Source: a virus
Taxonomy: Duplodnaviria; Caudoviricetes
Strand: one strand, 5' to 3'
Length of the DNA: 64,000 nt
IMG/VR virus record: IMGVR_UViG_2938905056_000003
Location: 3,426-67,425 of that record
The notes beneath the pieces are model-generated. The model saw only the letters and a list, made by a program, of their open reading frames with translations. It was not told the origin of the DNA and did not search any database. This document shows, piece by piece, positions 36,454 through 46,226 of the stretch; the first letter of the stretch is position 1; each line of letters opens with the position of its first letter. The position numbers and the translations under genes were made by a program.

Positions 36454-37011
36454 TTAATTTATTACGCGAACCTGCACCGACTGCCGTCCGAACAGTACCG
36501 CGTCGGCTTCCGTCGCAACCAATACGTCAATCTTGGCGCCCTTAATCGCGCCTCCAGTATCGAGCGACACGGCTTCAAACGTCGTGCCGTCCGCCTGTTT
36601 TATTTCAACCGTCGAACCCAACGCAATCACTGACGGATCGACCGCAATAATGCGCTTGCCGGCGTGGTAGATCGTTCCGGTTACGTCTAGGCCGGTCGCG
36701 GTTACGCCGCTGCAACCTTCGGGGCAATCCGCTGTATAAGCCGAAGCCTCGAACGTTTGCCATGCGGTTGGCTTTGCGTTAACACTTTCGTTATTCACCT
36801 TCGGTTTTGAGCGCTCCTTCGGCTTCGCATTGACCTCCGCCTTCAACGCCGCCACTTCGTCTTCAAGCGCCTTTATGCGTGCGTCCGCTTTTTGTAGCGC
36901 CGCCTCTTCTTCGGTGATGCGCGGTGGGTCAGGCGGTGGTGGTTCCGGTGGCTTGGCGGTCGGGTTCGTAAGTAATTGCGTTGACATCGCTAAGTTCGTT
37001 AGTATACCGAT
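36454..37011 (-). CDS. 3D-domain (MltA/YocH/YuiC-like) cell-wall protein
   Basis: EASAYT..GVTATG..IAVDPSVIALGS..DTGGAIKGAKIDV; likely ATC start at 37011. Confidence 0.85.
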   Translation of the reverse strand: MGILTNLAMSTQLLTNPTAKPPEPPPPDPPRITEEEAALQKADARIKALEDEVAALKAEVNAKPKERSKPKVNNESVNAKPTAWQTFEASAYTADCPEGCSGVTATGLDVTGTIYHAGKRIIAVDPSVIALGSTVEIKQADGTTFEAVSLDTGGAIKGAKIDVLVATEADAVLFGRQSVQVRVIN

Positions 37012-37013
37012 GC

Positions 37014-37796
37014 TTACACCTCCTCGAAGAACTGATCCGTCCATGGCTCTACGTCGACCACTTCGCGTCTTAGCACTTCGGCTAATTCGGTAATTTCCGC
37101 CTGTGCGCCGCGTCCCTTTTTGCGTTTGGAGTAGAACGAAAGCAACGCGGTCAGATTCGCAGTCATTACGAGATTAGTTGCGGCTGCGTTCGGTAGGACG
37201 GCGCGGGCATCTTCTGCGGGCACTCCGGCTTTACGAAGCCTATCATACGCTTTTTGAGCGAACTCCATCGCATCCTCAAAGATATAATCCGCAGATAAAT
37301 CGAGACCGTAGTCACCGCACTCAAACGCTATTTTATCGCTCGTAACTTTCTCCGGAACCACGTAATCGAACCCGCCGATCTTATCATCGCTTCCCATCCG
37401 TACGTAACGTTGTGACTGGACGCTGAAGCTAAATCCGACGCGATGGCGTGTAAGTTGCGCCAATAACGCCCGGCTGACGCCTTCAATCGCAAAGGTGAAC
37501 GAAATCCCTTCAAGAGTCGAGGTATGTTTAGACGATACGATCTGACGAATCAATCTATCGGCGTCTGAACCGTCTTTTCCATCAGAAGCAACAGACCCGA
37601 AATATTTATAACCTTCTTTAATGGCAATCTCCGAGGGTTTATTCGAGCTATAACAAGTCCTAATAGCGCTCAATGCGAGAATCTTTCCATCATGGATTTC
37701 AGCAAGTTGCTCCGATTCCGCTTGTAACTTCTCCCTAAACTTCTTGCTTAGTTGCGTGTGAAACATAAGTTCAACTGACATTTTTGTTTCTGCCAC
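37014..37796 (-). CDS. thyX: FAD-dependent thymidylate synthase
   Basis: [27 protein letters not shown]. Confidence 0.95.
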   Translation of the reverse strand: MAETKMSVELMFHTQLSKKFREKLQAESEQLAEIHDGKILALSAIRTCYSSNKPSEIAIKEGYKYFGSVASDGKDGSDADRLIRQIVSSKHTSTLEGISFTFAIEGVSRALLAQLTRHRVGFSFSVQSQRYVRMGSDDKIGGFDYVVPEKVTSDKIAFECGDYGLDLSADYIFEDAMEFAQKAYDRLRKAGVPAEDARAVLPNAAATNLVMTANLTALLSFYSKRKKGRGAQAEITELAEVLRREVVDVEPWTDQFFEEV

Positions 37797-38274
37797 GACC
37801 CATCCTCCTCGTATCTCTATTTTTCAATTGCTCTTCCATCGTTGCCCACTTACAATTTTCCGGACAGTAGTTTCCGTCGTTATCGATTCGTTCGATAGTT
37901 AAATCATCGCGATAACCACTGGTCGTAGCCCACTTATAAAATGGTTCAAACCCCGAAAGCCACTCTTCGCAAATTTTGATTCCACGACCCCCGTACCTAT
38001 GGAATCGTGGATTATTTTCATTAAAACACCTATCTTTCATATCCATGTAAATCTGATAGACTCTTGTATTGTGCATACCATGTTTTGTACTAGCGATTGC
38101 CTTTAATTTGCTTCCCATACATCCACAACTCTTAGTTCTTCCGTTCCGTACGTTTTGCGCAAGTATCCATTTTTCAGTGCCGCAAACACATTTGGTTAAA
38201 TAGTATTTCCGACTGTGAGTTGAACGTTTAATCATCTTCTCGTCTAAGACCGCGAGGTAATTGAACCTCATCAC
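37771..38274 (-). CDS. HNH-like homing endonuclease
   Basis: [40 protein letters not shown]; AT-rich, free-standing. Confidence 0.85.
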   Translation of the reverse strand: MMRFNYLAVLDEKMIKRSTHSRKYYLTKCVCGTEKWILAQNVRNGRTKSCGCMGSKLKAIASTKHGMHNTRVYQIYMDMKDRCFNENNPRFHRYGGRGIKICEEWLSGFEPFYKWATTSGYRDDLTIERIDNDGNYCPENCKWATMEEQLKNRDTRRMGRGRNKNVS

Positions 38275-38804
38275 GACACCCCGCTACTCCCGAATCCACC
38301 CACACCTCGATCGCTATCGCCGAGCGCATCAACTTCTGTAAACACCGCCTGCTCGACCGGTTTGATTACGGCTTGCGCCAGGCGATCGCCTTTGCGGATG
38401 ATGTACGTATACTCTTGTTCATCGAATATCGAAGGTTCCCTCTTTCCGTCAATCCTTAACGGATGTTGGTCGAATTGTATTCCGATAGTCATATACGTTT
38501 CGTTGATATACAACGAAGGCAACGCAATATTATCGACAATCACTCCGACCTCGCCCCGATAGCCCGCGTCAACTGTTCCGATCTGCACACGCAATTTAGT
38601 CTTCAGCGTTATACCGGATCGCGGTCGGATCTGCATTTCGAAACCTTCCGGAATCTCGAACGCCAAGCCCGTCGGCACACACGCGGTTTCGCCCGGTTCG
38701 ATAATTACGTCGGCCGCCGCGACTAGATCGAAGCCTGCGTCCGTTGCGTGTGCATAGGTCGGTGTTTGAGCATCCGGCGATAAGCGTTTTATATTTACGT
38801 TCAT
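38271..38804 (-). CDS. dut: dUTPase
   Basis: [36 protein letters not shown]. Confidence 0.95.
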   Translation of the reverse strand: MNVNIKRLSPDAQTPTYAHATDAGFDLVAAADVIIEPGETACVPTGLAFEIPEGFEMQIRPRSGITLKTKLRVQIGTVDAGYRGEVGVIVDNIALPSLYINETYMTIGIQFDQHPLRIDGKREPSIFDEQEYTYIIRKGDRLAQAVIKPVEQAVFTEVDALGDSDRGVGGFGSSGVS

Positions 38805-38959
38805 TTCGTTTCCTCCTTCGTACTTTCATTCGTTAATATCGCGATCAAGGCGAACACAGCAACCGTAGCGAACCACCGGAAGCCTATCGTATGGATGTAC
38901 GGTAGTACGAAAAGGAATCCGGCGATCCATGCGGCCGCTACGCTGATATATCGTTTCAT
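38801..38959 (-). CDS. 52-aa membrane protein (not in track)
   Basis: AAGGAGGT RBS; MKRYISVAAAWIAGFLFVLPYIHTIGFRWFATVAVFALIAIL... Confidence 0.65.
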   Translation of the reverse strand: MKRYISVAAAWIAGFLFVLPYIHTIGFRWFATVAVFALIAILTNESTKEETK

Positions 38960-38980
38960 TGGCGATTACCTCCTTACTTA

Positions 38981-39014
38981 TATAACGGGTAGGTGGGCGC
39001 CTGTTTTGCGACAT
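38981..39014 (-). promoter_or_regulatory. Candidate phage-sigma promoter, copy 1
   Basis: ATGTCGCAAAA-N10-CCTACCCGTTATA, identical boxes and spacing at 62826-62859. Confidence 0.6.
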
Positions 39015-39055
39015 CTTACGTAAAATAATATGCGCCTAGTAGAAAAACCGCGCAG

Positions 39056-40039
39056 TTATTCCCCGAAATAAAAATCCGAATCTTTAAGCGCCTCGACCGT
39101 TGCCTTCTTATATCCGTTACCCTTCTGCGAAAAGAAGTCGTGCGATTTCGTCTTCGTACTTAGTCCGTTCATCACGATCGGATTCGGCATCTCGTCTTCG
39201 AAGTACGGATCGAACGCGAGGTTTTGCAGCGCTTTATTCGCGTTATAGCGCATGAACCGTTTAACGTCGTGCGTCAGGCCGACCGCATCGTAAAGATCCT
39301 CGGTATAGGCGACCTCGTTATCGTATAGCTCCGTTAGCAAATCGACCGCAAAGTCACGCAATTCTAACTGAACGCTATGAGCTTGGCGGTTATAAATTTC
39401 CTGCGCGAGCAAGCCGGTATAGACGCCGTGGATCGCTTCATCGCGAATAATAAGCGATATAATCTCGCCCGAGTTCGTTAGCTTGCCTTGGCCCGCGAAA
39501 TATAACGGATAATAAAATCCGGAATAAAATAAGAAGCTTTCGAGGTATACCGATGCGACTAGCGCCTTATACAGCGAAATATCATCGCCAGGCTCAATCG
39601 CGTTGTACAGGCCGACGATACGCTCCGCCTTCCGCTGCAGATACGGGTTGGTCTTAACCCATTCGAAAACTTCGTTAATAGTTTCGGTAGGTGCAAGCGT
39701 CATAAAAATATTCGAATAGGATTTCGCATGGACAGCGTTCTCCATCATCGCCATGAAATTAAGGACGGCCTTTCGTTGGTGCCCGTCGATGTGTTGTGCG
39801 ATGGTCGGCATGCCTACGTTGCCTTGCTCGGTGTCCAGGAGCGTCAGACCCGCGAGAACTTTCATATACGTATCTTGTTCGGTAGGACTCAACGACTTCC
39901 ACGTTAAGAGATCGCCATTTAGCGAAATCTCTTCCGGAAGCCAGAATTGCTTAACGTTCTGCGCGTAGAACATTTGCGTAAAGTCGTCTTCGTGGCGCGA
40001 CCAATCGGCCGCCGTGTGGATTGCGTTTGCGTTCGTCAA
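39056..40039 (-). CDS. nrdF: Class Ib ribonucleotide reductase beta subunit
   Basis: [33 protein letters not shown]. Confidence 0.95.
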   Translation of the reverse strand: MTNANAIHTAADWSRHEDDFTQMFYAQNVKQFWLPEEISLNGDLLTWKSLSPTEQDTYMKVLAGLTLLDTEQGNVGMPTIAQHIDGHQRKAVLNFMAMMENAVHAKSYSNIFMTLAPTETINEVFEWVKTNPYLQRKAERIVGLYNAIEPGDDISLYKALVASVYLESFLFYSGFYYPLYFAGQGKLTNSGEIISLIIRDEAIHGVYTGLLAQEIYNRQAHSVQLELRDFAVDLLTELYDNEVAYTEDLYDAVGLTHDVKRFMRYNANKALQNLAFDPYFEDEMPNPIVMNGLSTKTKSHDFFSQKGNGYKKATVEALKDSDFYFGE

Positions 40040-40154
40040 TTATTCGTCCTCCTTGAGAGTAATTACAAAACTTATAATCTTACCTATCAATGATCATTGA
40101 TTTTTATTAGCTTTTCGGTAAATAATTAAGAAAACATAGAATGGAGTTGGTAGT

Positions 40155-40499
40155 ATGATTGAAAATGCATTTCCAGCCACAATGCCTTGCGGTAACATAT
40201 TTCTTTACCCTCCTCAAATTGCTTCACAGGCTATTCAAGAGGAAAAACATTCTGTATTTATGATCCATAGTCACAAAAGCGATCAATCGTATATCGCTAC
40301 GACGTACGGAGGAATGCGCCGAATGTTAGAATTTGTATACCCTATTAGTGGGTCTCCTGAAGAAATCACCGAAATTTACGCTAAGATTCCATGGGATGAG
40401 GCGCAGATTTCTAGCGAAAATGGTGGCTTCTATTACAAACAAGCGCCATCAGTATCCGCAATGAAAGAATATTATGATCAACTAATAAGCAACAAATGA
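40155..40499 (+). CDS. Hypothetical protein inserted antisense between nrdE and nrdF
   Basis: AT-rich, GGAG RBS, fills the intergenic gap. Confidence 0.65.
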   Translation: MIENAFPATMPCGNIFLYPPQIASQAIQEEKHSVFMIHSHKSDQSYIATTYGGMRRMLEFVYPISGSPEEITEIYAKIPWDEAQISSENGGFYYKQAPSVSAMKEYYDQLISNK

Positions 40500-40503
40500 A
40501 GAG

Positions 40504-42597
40504 TTAAACTACGCAACTCAAGCACGAATCCTGTCCGGTATCCTTTGTTCGTGCATAATACAGCGTCTTGACGCCTTTGTGATGCGCGTATAAGTCAATC
40601 CGGTTCAGATCGCGCGTCGTCATCGTATCTTTCAAGAACAGCGTAAATGAGATGCCTTGGTCGACGTGCTGCTGAATCGTTGCGATCATATCGACGACCT
40701 TAAACATATCCATGTCGTACGCTTCCTTGTAGAAGAACCAATTCTGCGGCGATAGCCCCGGCATAGGATAATACGTCTTCGAATTGCCGTACGTACGCTC
40801 CTCGATGCGCTCCATAATCGGCATGACAGATGCCGTAGCCGACTGCACATATGAAATAGATCCCGTCGGCGCAATCGCAAGTCTGTACGAATGGTAAAGT
40901 CCGTGTTTACGTACGCTGTCTTCCAACCGAGCCCAATCGATCGGCGCCGGAATTGTAACGCCTTCAAATAGCCGTGCAACCTTCTCCGTTTTAGAACGGA
41001 AATCTCCCGCGACGTATTTATCGAAGTAACTACCGTCGGCATACGTAGAACCCTCGAATCCTTCGTACGTGCTGCCGGTTTCTTTCGCTAGTTCCATCGA
41101 ACGCACAAGCGACCAATAATTCACCAACGCGAAGAATACATTAGCGAAATCACGCGCTTCTTCCGATTCATAGGCGATACCGTTCTGCGCTAGATAGCCG
41201 TGTAAATTCATCGCGCCGAGTCCGATCGAACGCATCTCGCGGTTAGCTCGCGCAACGGCTGGCGCGTTCTTGATATTCGAAGTTTCCGAGACTCGCGTTA
41301 GAGCGTCAACGGACAGCTTAACGATTGTTTCGAAGTCGCCGTTCTTCATTACGTTTGCAACGTTGAGTGATCCGAGGTTGCACGAAATATCGAGACCGAT
41401 TTCGTCCGGTTCGCCGTAGTTGGTGTATTCCGATACCTGCGACGCTTGAAGCACTTCGCTACAGAGGTTCGAAAATTTAACCTTCGAAATGTGATTGTTC
41501 GCATGTGCCGCGTTAACGTTACCTTCGAACATGATGTACGGATAGCCCGACTCGGACCGCAGTACAGCGAGCTTTTCGAGTAGCTTCCGCGGGTTAATCT
41601 TTTCCTTGCGAACGGCCGGATTATCGACAAGCTGATCGTACATCTGGCCGATATCCATTTCGTCAAGGTGTTGGCCATACGCTTTGTAAACGGTGTGCGG
41701 ATAGAATACGTAAGCCGGCCGATCTTCTCGCGCTAACTCAATGAATTTATCCGGAATTACAACACCGATCGATAACGTTTTAACGCGTACGTCTTCATCG
41801 GCCGAGATTTTCTTCGTATCTAGGAAATCGTTAATGTCCGCATGAAATACGTTGAGATACGCTGCGCCGGAGCCCTGCCGTTGACCCATCTGATCTGCGT
41901 AACGGAACGCATTATCGAGCAGTTTCATAACGCCGACTACGCCCTTCGTCGCATTCTCTACGTCTTTAATCGCCTCACCTTTCGCTCTTAGCTTCGATAA
42001 ATTTAACGATACGCCGCCGCCAAGCTTCGAAAGCTGCATCGAAATGTCAATCGCGCGACTAATATCGTTAAGGGAATCGTTAACTTCGAGCAGGAAACAC
42101 GAAACTAATTCGCCGCGACGCTTCCGGCCCGCATTCAAGAACGTCGGCGTGGACGGTTGATATTCCTGGCGCATCATTAAATCGACGTACTCAAGCGCCT
42201 TGGCTGCGTCTCCTTCCGCGAAGAATAGCGCACAGCAAGCGACCCGGTCTTCGTAGCGTTCGAGAATCTTCTTGCCGTCGTTCGTCTTCAGCGCATAGTC
42301 GTTATAGAATTTGAACGCGCTCATGAACGAAGGAAATCGGAATTTGTGTGCATAGGCCGCTTTATAGACCGCCTTGATTTCTTCGAACGTATAGGCGTCC
42401 AGGAATTCGGTTTCGTAGTAATCGTTATCGCGTAGGTAGTCGAGCTTTTCGCGAAGGTCGTGGAAAAATACGGTGTTTTGATTTACGTAGTCAATAAAAT
42501 AAGCGCGGACGGCTTCGAGATCCTTTTCGAATTGGAACCGGCCGTCCTTCTGTAGCATAATTTCGTTATTAAGTTCGATGTAATTCGTCAAGCGCAT
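40504..42597 (-). CDS. nrdE: Class Ib ribonucleotide reductase alpha subunit
   Basis: PSTPTFLNAG, SCFLL, SNLCSE, APTGSISY, C-terminal CLSC; no intein/intron. Confidence 0.95.
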   Translation of the reverse strand: MRLTNYIELNNEIMLQKDGRFQFEKDLEAVRAYFIDYVNQNTVFFHDLREKLDYLRDNDYYETEFLDAYTFEEIKAVYKAAYAHKFRFPSFMSAFKFYNDYALKTNDGKKILERYEDRVACCALFFAEGDAAKALEYVDLMMRQEYQPSTPTFLNAGRKRRGELVSCFLLEVNDSLNDISRAIDISMQLSKLGGGVSLNLSKLRAKGEAIKDVENATKGVVGVMKLLDNAFRYADQMGQRQGSGAAYLNVFHADINDFLDTKKISADEDVRVKTLSIGVVIPDKFIELAREDRPAYVFYPHTVYKAYGQHLDEMDIGQMYDQLVDNPAVRKEKINPRKLLEKLAVLRSESGYPYIMFEGNVNAAHANNHISKVKFSNLCSEVLQASQVSEYTNYGEPDEIGLDISCNLGSLNVANVMKNGDFETIVKLSVDALTRVSETSNIKNAPAVARANREMRSIGLGAMNLHGYLAQNGIAYESEEARDFANVFFALVNYWSLVRSMELAKETGSTYEGFEGSTYADGSYFDKYVAGDFRSKTEKVARLFEGVTIPAPIDWARLEDSVRKHGLYHSYRLAIAPTGSISYVQSATASVMPIMERIEERTYGNSKTYYPMPGLSPQNWFFYKEAYDMDMFKVVDMIATIQQHVDQGISFTLFLKDTMTTRDLNRIDLYAHHKGVKTLYYARTKDTGQDSCLSCVV

Positions 42598-42937
42598 TCA
42601 CCCTTTCGATAAAATGTCGTACATCTGCGTCCGTGCCCGCTAATTCAAAGCGCCCGATCACCGGCACGCCGTATTGCGCCGCAAGCAGATCCGCCGCCTT
42701 TGCGTAGTTTCCGCCCCAGTTACGGTTGCCCGACGCAGCCACGCCCGTCAAGTACGCGCTATTAGCCGCAAGGAAATCATCCACCGGCCGCGCTACCTGA
42801 CCGAAACCATACGTTCCAGTCACGCAAACGAACGGCTCGGTTAGCGTTAGGTCTGGCGCTAGTTCAACGGTTGGCAGGCCGGTCTTTGTGACGAATCGGC
42901 GTACGTTGCCAGTCCGCGAATAGTAAGCGATTAGCAT
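42569..42937 (-). CDS. nrdI: Flavodoxin NrdI
   Basis: SRTGNVRRF, TYGFG, ASGNRNWG, FELAGT. Confidence 0.95.
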   Translation of the reverse strand: MLIAYYSRTGNVRRFVTKTGLPTVELAPDLTLTEPFVCVTGTYGFGQVARPVDDFLAANSAYLTGVAASGNRNWGGNYAKAADLLAAQYGVPVIGRFELAGTDADVRHFIERVNALDELHRT

Positions 42938-43125
42938 TCGGAATCCTCTTCGTCTTCTAACGAATCTAGTTCGTCTTCAATGTCAGCGATTTGATCTTCG
43001 ATATCGTCAATATCGTTTTCGACATCCCGTACCTCATCGCGCAAATCTTCAAGTTCTCTTTCCTTCGCGTCGAGTTCGAATTGTAACGCTGCTAGTGCGC
43101 TTTCTAGTTCTTCGCGTTTATGCAT
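42931..43125 (-). CDS. Acidic coiled-coil protein
   Basis: D/E-rich heptads. Confidence 0.6.
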   Translation of the reverse strand: MHKREELESALAALQFELDAKERELEDLRDEVRDVENDIDDIEDQIADIEDELDSLEDEEDSEC

Positions 43126-43130
43126 CCGAT

Positions 43131-43316
43131 CTACCCCTTCCGTCTCTCGATTTCCGCCTCTAATTCGTCCAGCTGCGCCTGAGTCCGATCACGTTCGATT
43201 TTCGCCTCGATAACCTTTCGTTCGTGAAACCTAATTGCGGAATCACTATCGGTAAGTTTTTCGTTAAGCCAGCGCCGCATGTCCTGTAGTTCACCGTCGG
43301 TTGCCGTATAGATCAT
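43131..43316 (-). CDS. Hypothetical coiled-coil protein
   Basis: Coupled ORF with RBS. Confidence 0.6.
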   Translation of the reverse strand: MIYTATDGELQDMRRWLNEKLTDSDSAIRFHERKVIEAKIERDRTQAQLDELEAEIERRKG

Positions 43317-43588
43317 TCGATAGGTCCCTCCGTTTCGCGCTTGCGTTTATGATTGCGATAAGGTTCGACGATCAGCCAGTTGATGAATTCGATGACCACC
43401 GCGCAGATAACGATCAAGAAAGCGCCGACGATGCCGACCTTGATTATCGCGCCGATAATCGGAAAGCTAAGAAGCGCGTACATATTAAACACGGAACTGA
43501 CGATTAATGCTCCGGTCACTGCGCCGAATAGCGCTGCGCTTAGATACGTAACAGCCATCGTAAATCTCTCTTTAAACATTCGCATCAC
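43313..43588 (-). CDS. Membrane protein
   Basis: Two long hydrophobic segments. Confidence 0.65.
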   Translation of the reverse strand: MMRMFKERFTMAVTYLSAALFGAVTGALIVSSVFNMYALLSFPIIGAIIKVGIVGAFLIVICAVVIEFINWLIVEPYRNHKRKRETEGPIE

Positions 43589-44142
43589 TCCTTCGGTTTA
43601 TCTATTACGCCTTCATGAATCAACCACGCAAGCCCAATCGCAGCCGCATCGCTTTCGTCGAAATTAGCGAACTCGCCCTTATAGCCGGTCATGCGCCGCA
43701 CCGCCGCCTCAACTACGTCCTTTTCTGCGCTGCCCGATCCGGCAACCAACGACTTAACACGCGTTGCTGATATGCCGAGCTGCGGTTGCTTTGCGGTCGG
43801 CGTCTTCCAATACTTATCGAATGTCAGCCCGAATCGCGACGTTGCCCGTTCACACGCATTCCATGCCGCCAGCACCGGATAGTTCGAGGTCGACGTTTTG
43901 CCTGCGAAGTCCTCCCGGACCACATAATCGAAGCCGTCTCGCGGGCAATTTTTATCGAGAAACATCATCGCCCATCCCTCGATAACTTCCGCCCTGTGCG
44001 CATGTGATCGGCTGGAATTCGGCTTAACGTGCGACAGCGCTTTGATCGTTGGCTTTCGGTTGCGCACCTCGATTATCGCGACGCCTGGGCAGGTCATCGA
44101 CGTATCGAACGCGAGGCACCGGATGGGCTTGGCGCTACTCAT
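43585..44142 (-). CDS. RuvC-like Holliday junction resolvase
   Basis: LAFDTS..GVA, VVRED, VK....G.G.A.K, DESDAAAIG. Confidence 0.8.
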   Translation of the reverse strand: MSSAKPIRCLAFDTSMTCPGVAIIEVRNRKPTIKALSHVKPNSSRSHAHRAEVIEGWAMMFLDKNCPRDGFDYVVREDFAGKTSTSNYPVLAAWNACERATSRFGLTFDKYWKTPTAKQPQLGISATRVKSLVAGSGSAEKDVVEAAVRRMTGYKGEFANFDESDAAAIGLAWLIHEGVIDKPKE

Positions 44143-44462
44143 TCTACGACCTTCCATGAATAGGCGGACCCTTTTTTCGTCTCCTCTAAGGTGATTTCGC
44201 CAAGATTTACGCCTTCTAGGTACTTAAACAGATCGCTCATGAAAATCTCTCGCCTAATATCTTGCGATTTATCTTCGATAACTAGACCAGCGCTTGATCT
44301 CGTAGAAAACCAATCGACCACTTCGAAACGACCTGTCTCACGTTTTTTCTCACGTTCTATTAATTTGAGGTCATTTCCGCAATGATGTCGAAGAAAGTAC
44401 GGATTTTTAACTTCAGCATCACACGCGCTACAGTAGTAAACTTTAATCTTTCCCGTCATCAA
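44139..44462 (-). CDS. Zinc-finger hypothetical protein
   Basis: CSAC..HCG; AT-rich. Confidence 0.65.
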   Translation of the reverse strand: MMTGKIKVYYCSACDAEVKNPYFLRHHCGNDLKLIEREKKRETGRFEVVDWFSTRSSAGLVIEDKSQDIRREIFMSDLFKYLEGVNLGEITLEETKKGSAYSWKVVE

Positions 44463-45517
44463 ACCGCCTCCCCTTTGCGTACTTTTTCGATAAACTCTAG
44501 CGCCCCGGCGTACTGCCGCTTAGTAGACTCGTATACATTAGACCGCCTTACCTGCGAAACTTTATCGCGTATGTCCGCCAGTTCCGCGTCCGTCAACGAT
44601 TGCGCAATAGCCGTTTTGTATCCGTTAAACGTCCAGCCGTTAAGATCCAGCGTCATTGGCTTGCGCTCATCCACCGACGTCTGTATTTCTACGAATCTAT
44701 CGAGCAGCGCGTCAATGTCCGCCTGGCTAATTTCCACGCCAAACGCTCGGATGTCCGGACTCTTTTCGAACTCGCCTTCCGGATATTCCCATGCTTTCTT
44801 CGCCGCGTTTACGTAGAGGATTACGTATAAATCAACGCCGTACATTTCCGCATAGGCAACGCATTGTTTAACGTGTTTTTCGTCCGGCTTCTTCAGCGAA
44901 TGGAACGACGTACGAGCCGCCGATGTTTGCTTCGACTTGATTTCGAGGCCGATGCGTAAAATTTCACCGTCTTCCGTTACGTAGCGCATGATGCCATCGC
45001 ATGTTCCGTATAGATGAAACGTCTTGCCGCCACGCTCGATCTTATGGCTACGTTTTGCGAAATCCTCGAACATTGGCGTTCCGTCTTCGTTGCGTTCGAA
45101 ACTGAACGGACAGGGCCGGCCGGTTTTCTTTTCGAAATGTTTTTCCATGAAGAGCAAATCGCGCTGAATCATATCGCCTATTGCCGTCCCAATACGGGTC
45201 CAACGCCCCTGATACGGAGGCTTTCGCGTTATGTCTCTCGGATCGCCCAACGCTTTATGATAAAGTTCACGCGGGCAGGCATTCGCAGAGGACGGTGAAA
45301 AATACGGCTTCTTCGGAAATACTTTCGGAGCATCTGCGTACCATCGGTGTATCTGCGCGTCCAGTGCGTTATCCCACGTTTCGGGCAGCGAGTGCCATTC
45401 GTTTAGATATTCGATGAGTTCATCCGCAATCTGCTGCGCGTATGTGGTCGGCTCAGGCGCCGGCGCTAATTGGGCGCGCAGTGAGTTTGCGGCTGATCGT
45501 GCGTTTGCGTTCGTCAA
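44459..45517 (-). CDS. PD-(D/E)XK (Cas4/RecB-like) exonuclease
   Basis: SPSSANACPRELY, GTCDG..LEIKSK, Q..AY. Confidence 0.8.
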   Translation of the reverse strand: MTNANARSAANSLRAQLAPAPEPTTYAQQIADELIEYLNEWHSLPETWDNALDAQIHRWYADAPKVFPKKPYFSPSSANACPRELYHKALGDPRDITRKPPYQGRWTRIGTAIGDMIQRDLLFMEKHFEKKTGRPCPFSFERNEDGTPMFEDFAKRSHKIERGGKTFHLYGTCDGIMRYVTEDGEILRIGLEIKSKQTSAARTSFHSLKKPDEKHVKQCVAYAEMYGVDLYVILYVNAAKKAWEYPEGEFEKSPDIRAFGVEISQADIDALLDRFVEIQTSVDERKPMTLDLNGWTFNGYKTAIAQSLTDAELADIRDKVSQVRRSNVYESTKRQYAGALEFIEKVRKGEAV

Positions 45518-46225
45518 TTAATCACGCCCCTTCATCGTACGTGCAATTATCTCTCCGAACTTAATTACAAGCTCTTTACCTTCCTCAGATAACGCTCGCA
45601 TTATAAGAAGTAATTCTCCATGATCTAACGCAACGTTAAGCGTGCTTCTTACAATCGCGTTTTTAGGGACAAATTTTAACGGACGGTCTGGAGAATTCAT
45701 CACAATATTGAGGTAACTACCGAACCAAGTTGGTATTCTATTCAAGTATGTCCGAAATACTTCTATCGTCGCCTCTACGTCATTAAGCGCTCGATGATGT
45801 CCTTCAAGCGAGATACCATTTCGTTTAGCAACGTCCTTAAGGCTCGCAGACAATTCCGGCTCTACAAAACGCGCCATAGCTCGCGTACAATAGAACCGTT
45901 CAGGCTCGATTCCTCCTCGACTGATAAACGACAGATCGAACGGAGCGTTTTGCGCAACTACGATTGAGTCACCGATAAATTCGTTCAGCTTTTCGAGCGC
46001 TTCGGTTTCAGTCGGCGCCCCTTCGAGATCCTTCGCTGTAATCCCGGTCAACTTAGTAATGAATTCCGGCAGCTCGCGTCCTTCCTCTAGCGCAACCATC
46101 GTATGAAAGCGATCAATTTCGTTAAAATCTTCGTCAATCTTAATCGCACCGATTTCCATAATTTGTTCGGACTTGTAATCGAGTCCTGTCGTTTCTAAGT
46201 CGAGCACAACGTAAGATTTCGCCAT
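45518..46225 (-). CDS. DEDDh 3'-5' exonuclease (DnaQ/PolC-like)
   Basis: VLDLETTG, AQNAPFD, HHRALND. Confidence 0.9.
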   Translation of the reverse strand: MAKSYVVLDLETTGLDYKSEQIMEIGAIKIDEDFNEIDRFHTMVALEEGRELPEFITKLTGITAKDLEGAPTETEALEKLNEFIGDSIVVAQNAPFDLSFISRGGIEPERFYCTRAMARFVEPELSASLKDVAKRNGISLEGHHRALNDVEATIEVFRTYLNRIPTWFGSYLNIVMNSPDRPLKFVPKNAIVRSTLNVALDHGELLLIMRALSEEGKELVIKFGEIIARTMKGRD

Positions 46226-46226
46226 A

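Noticed and set aside
44459-45517. Cas4-like nuclease as CRISPR component
   Set aside because: Solo nuclease in the replication module with no array or other cas genes.
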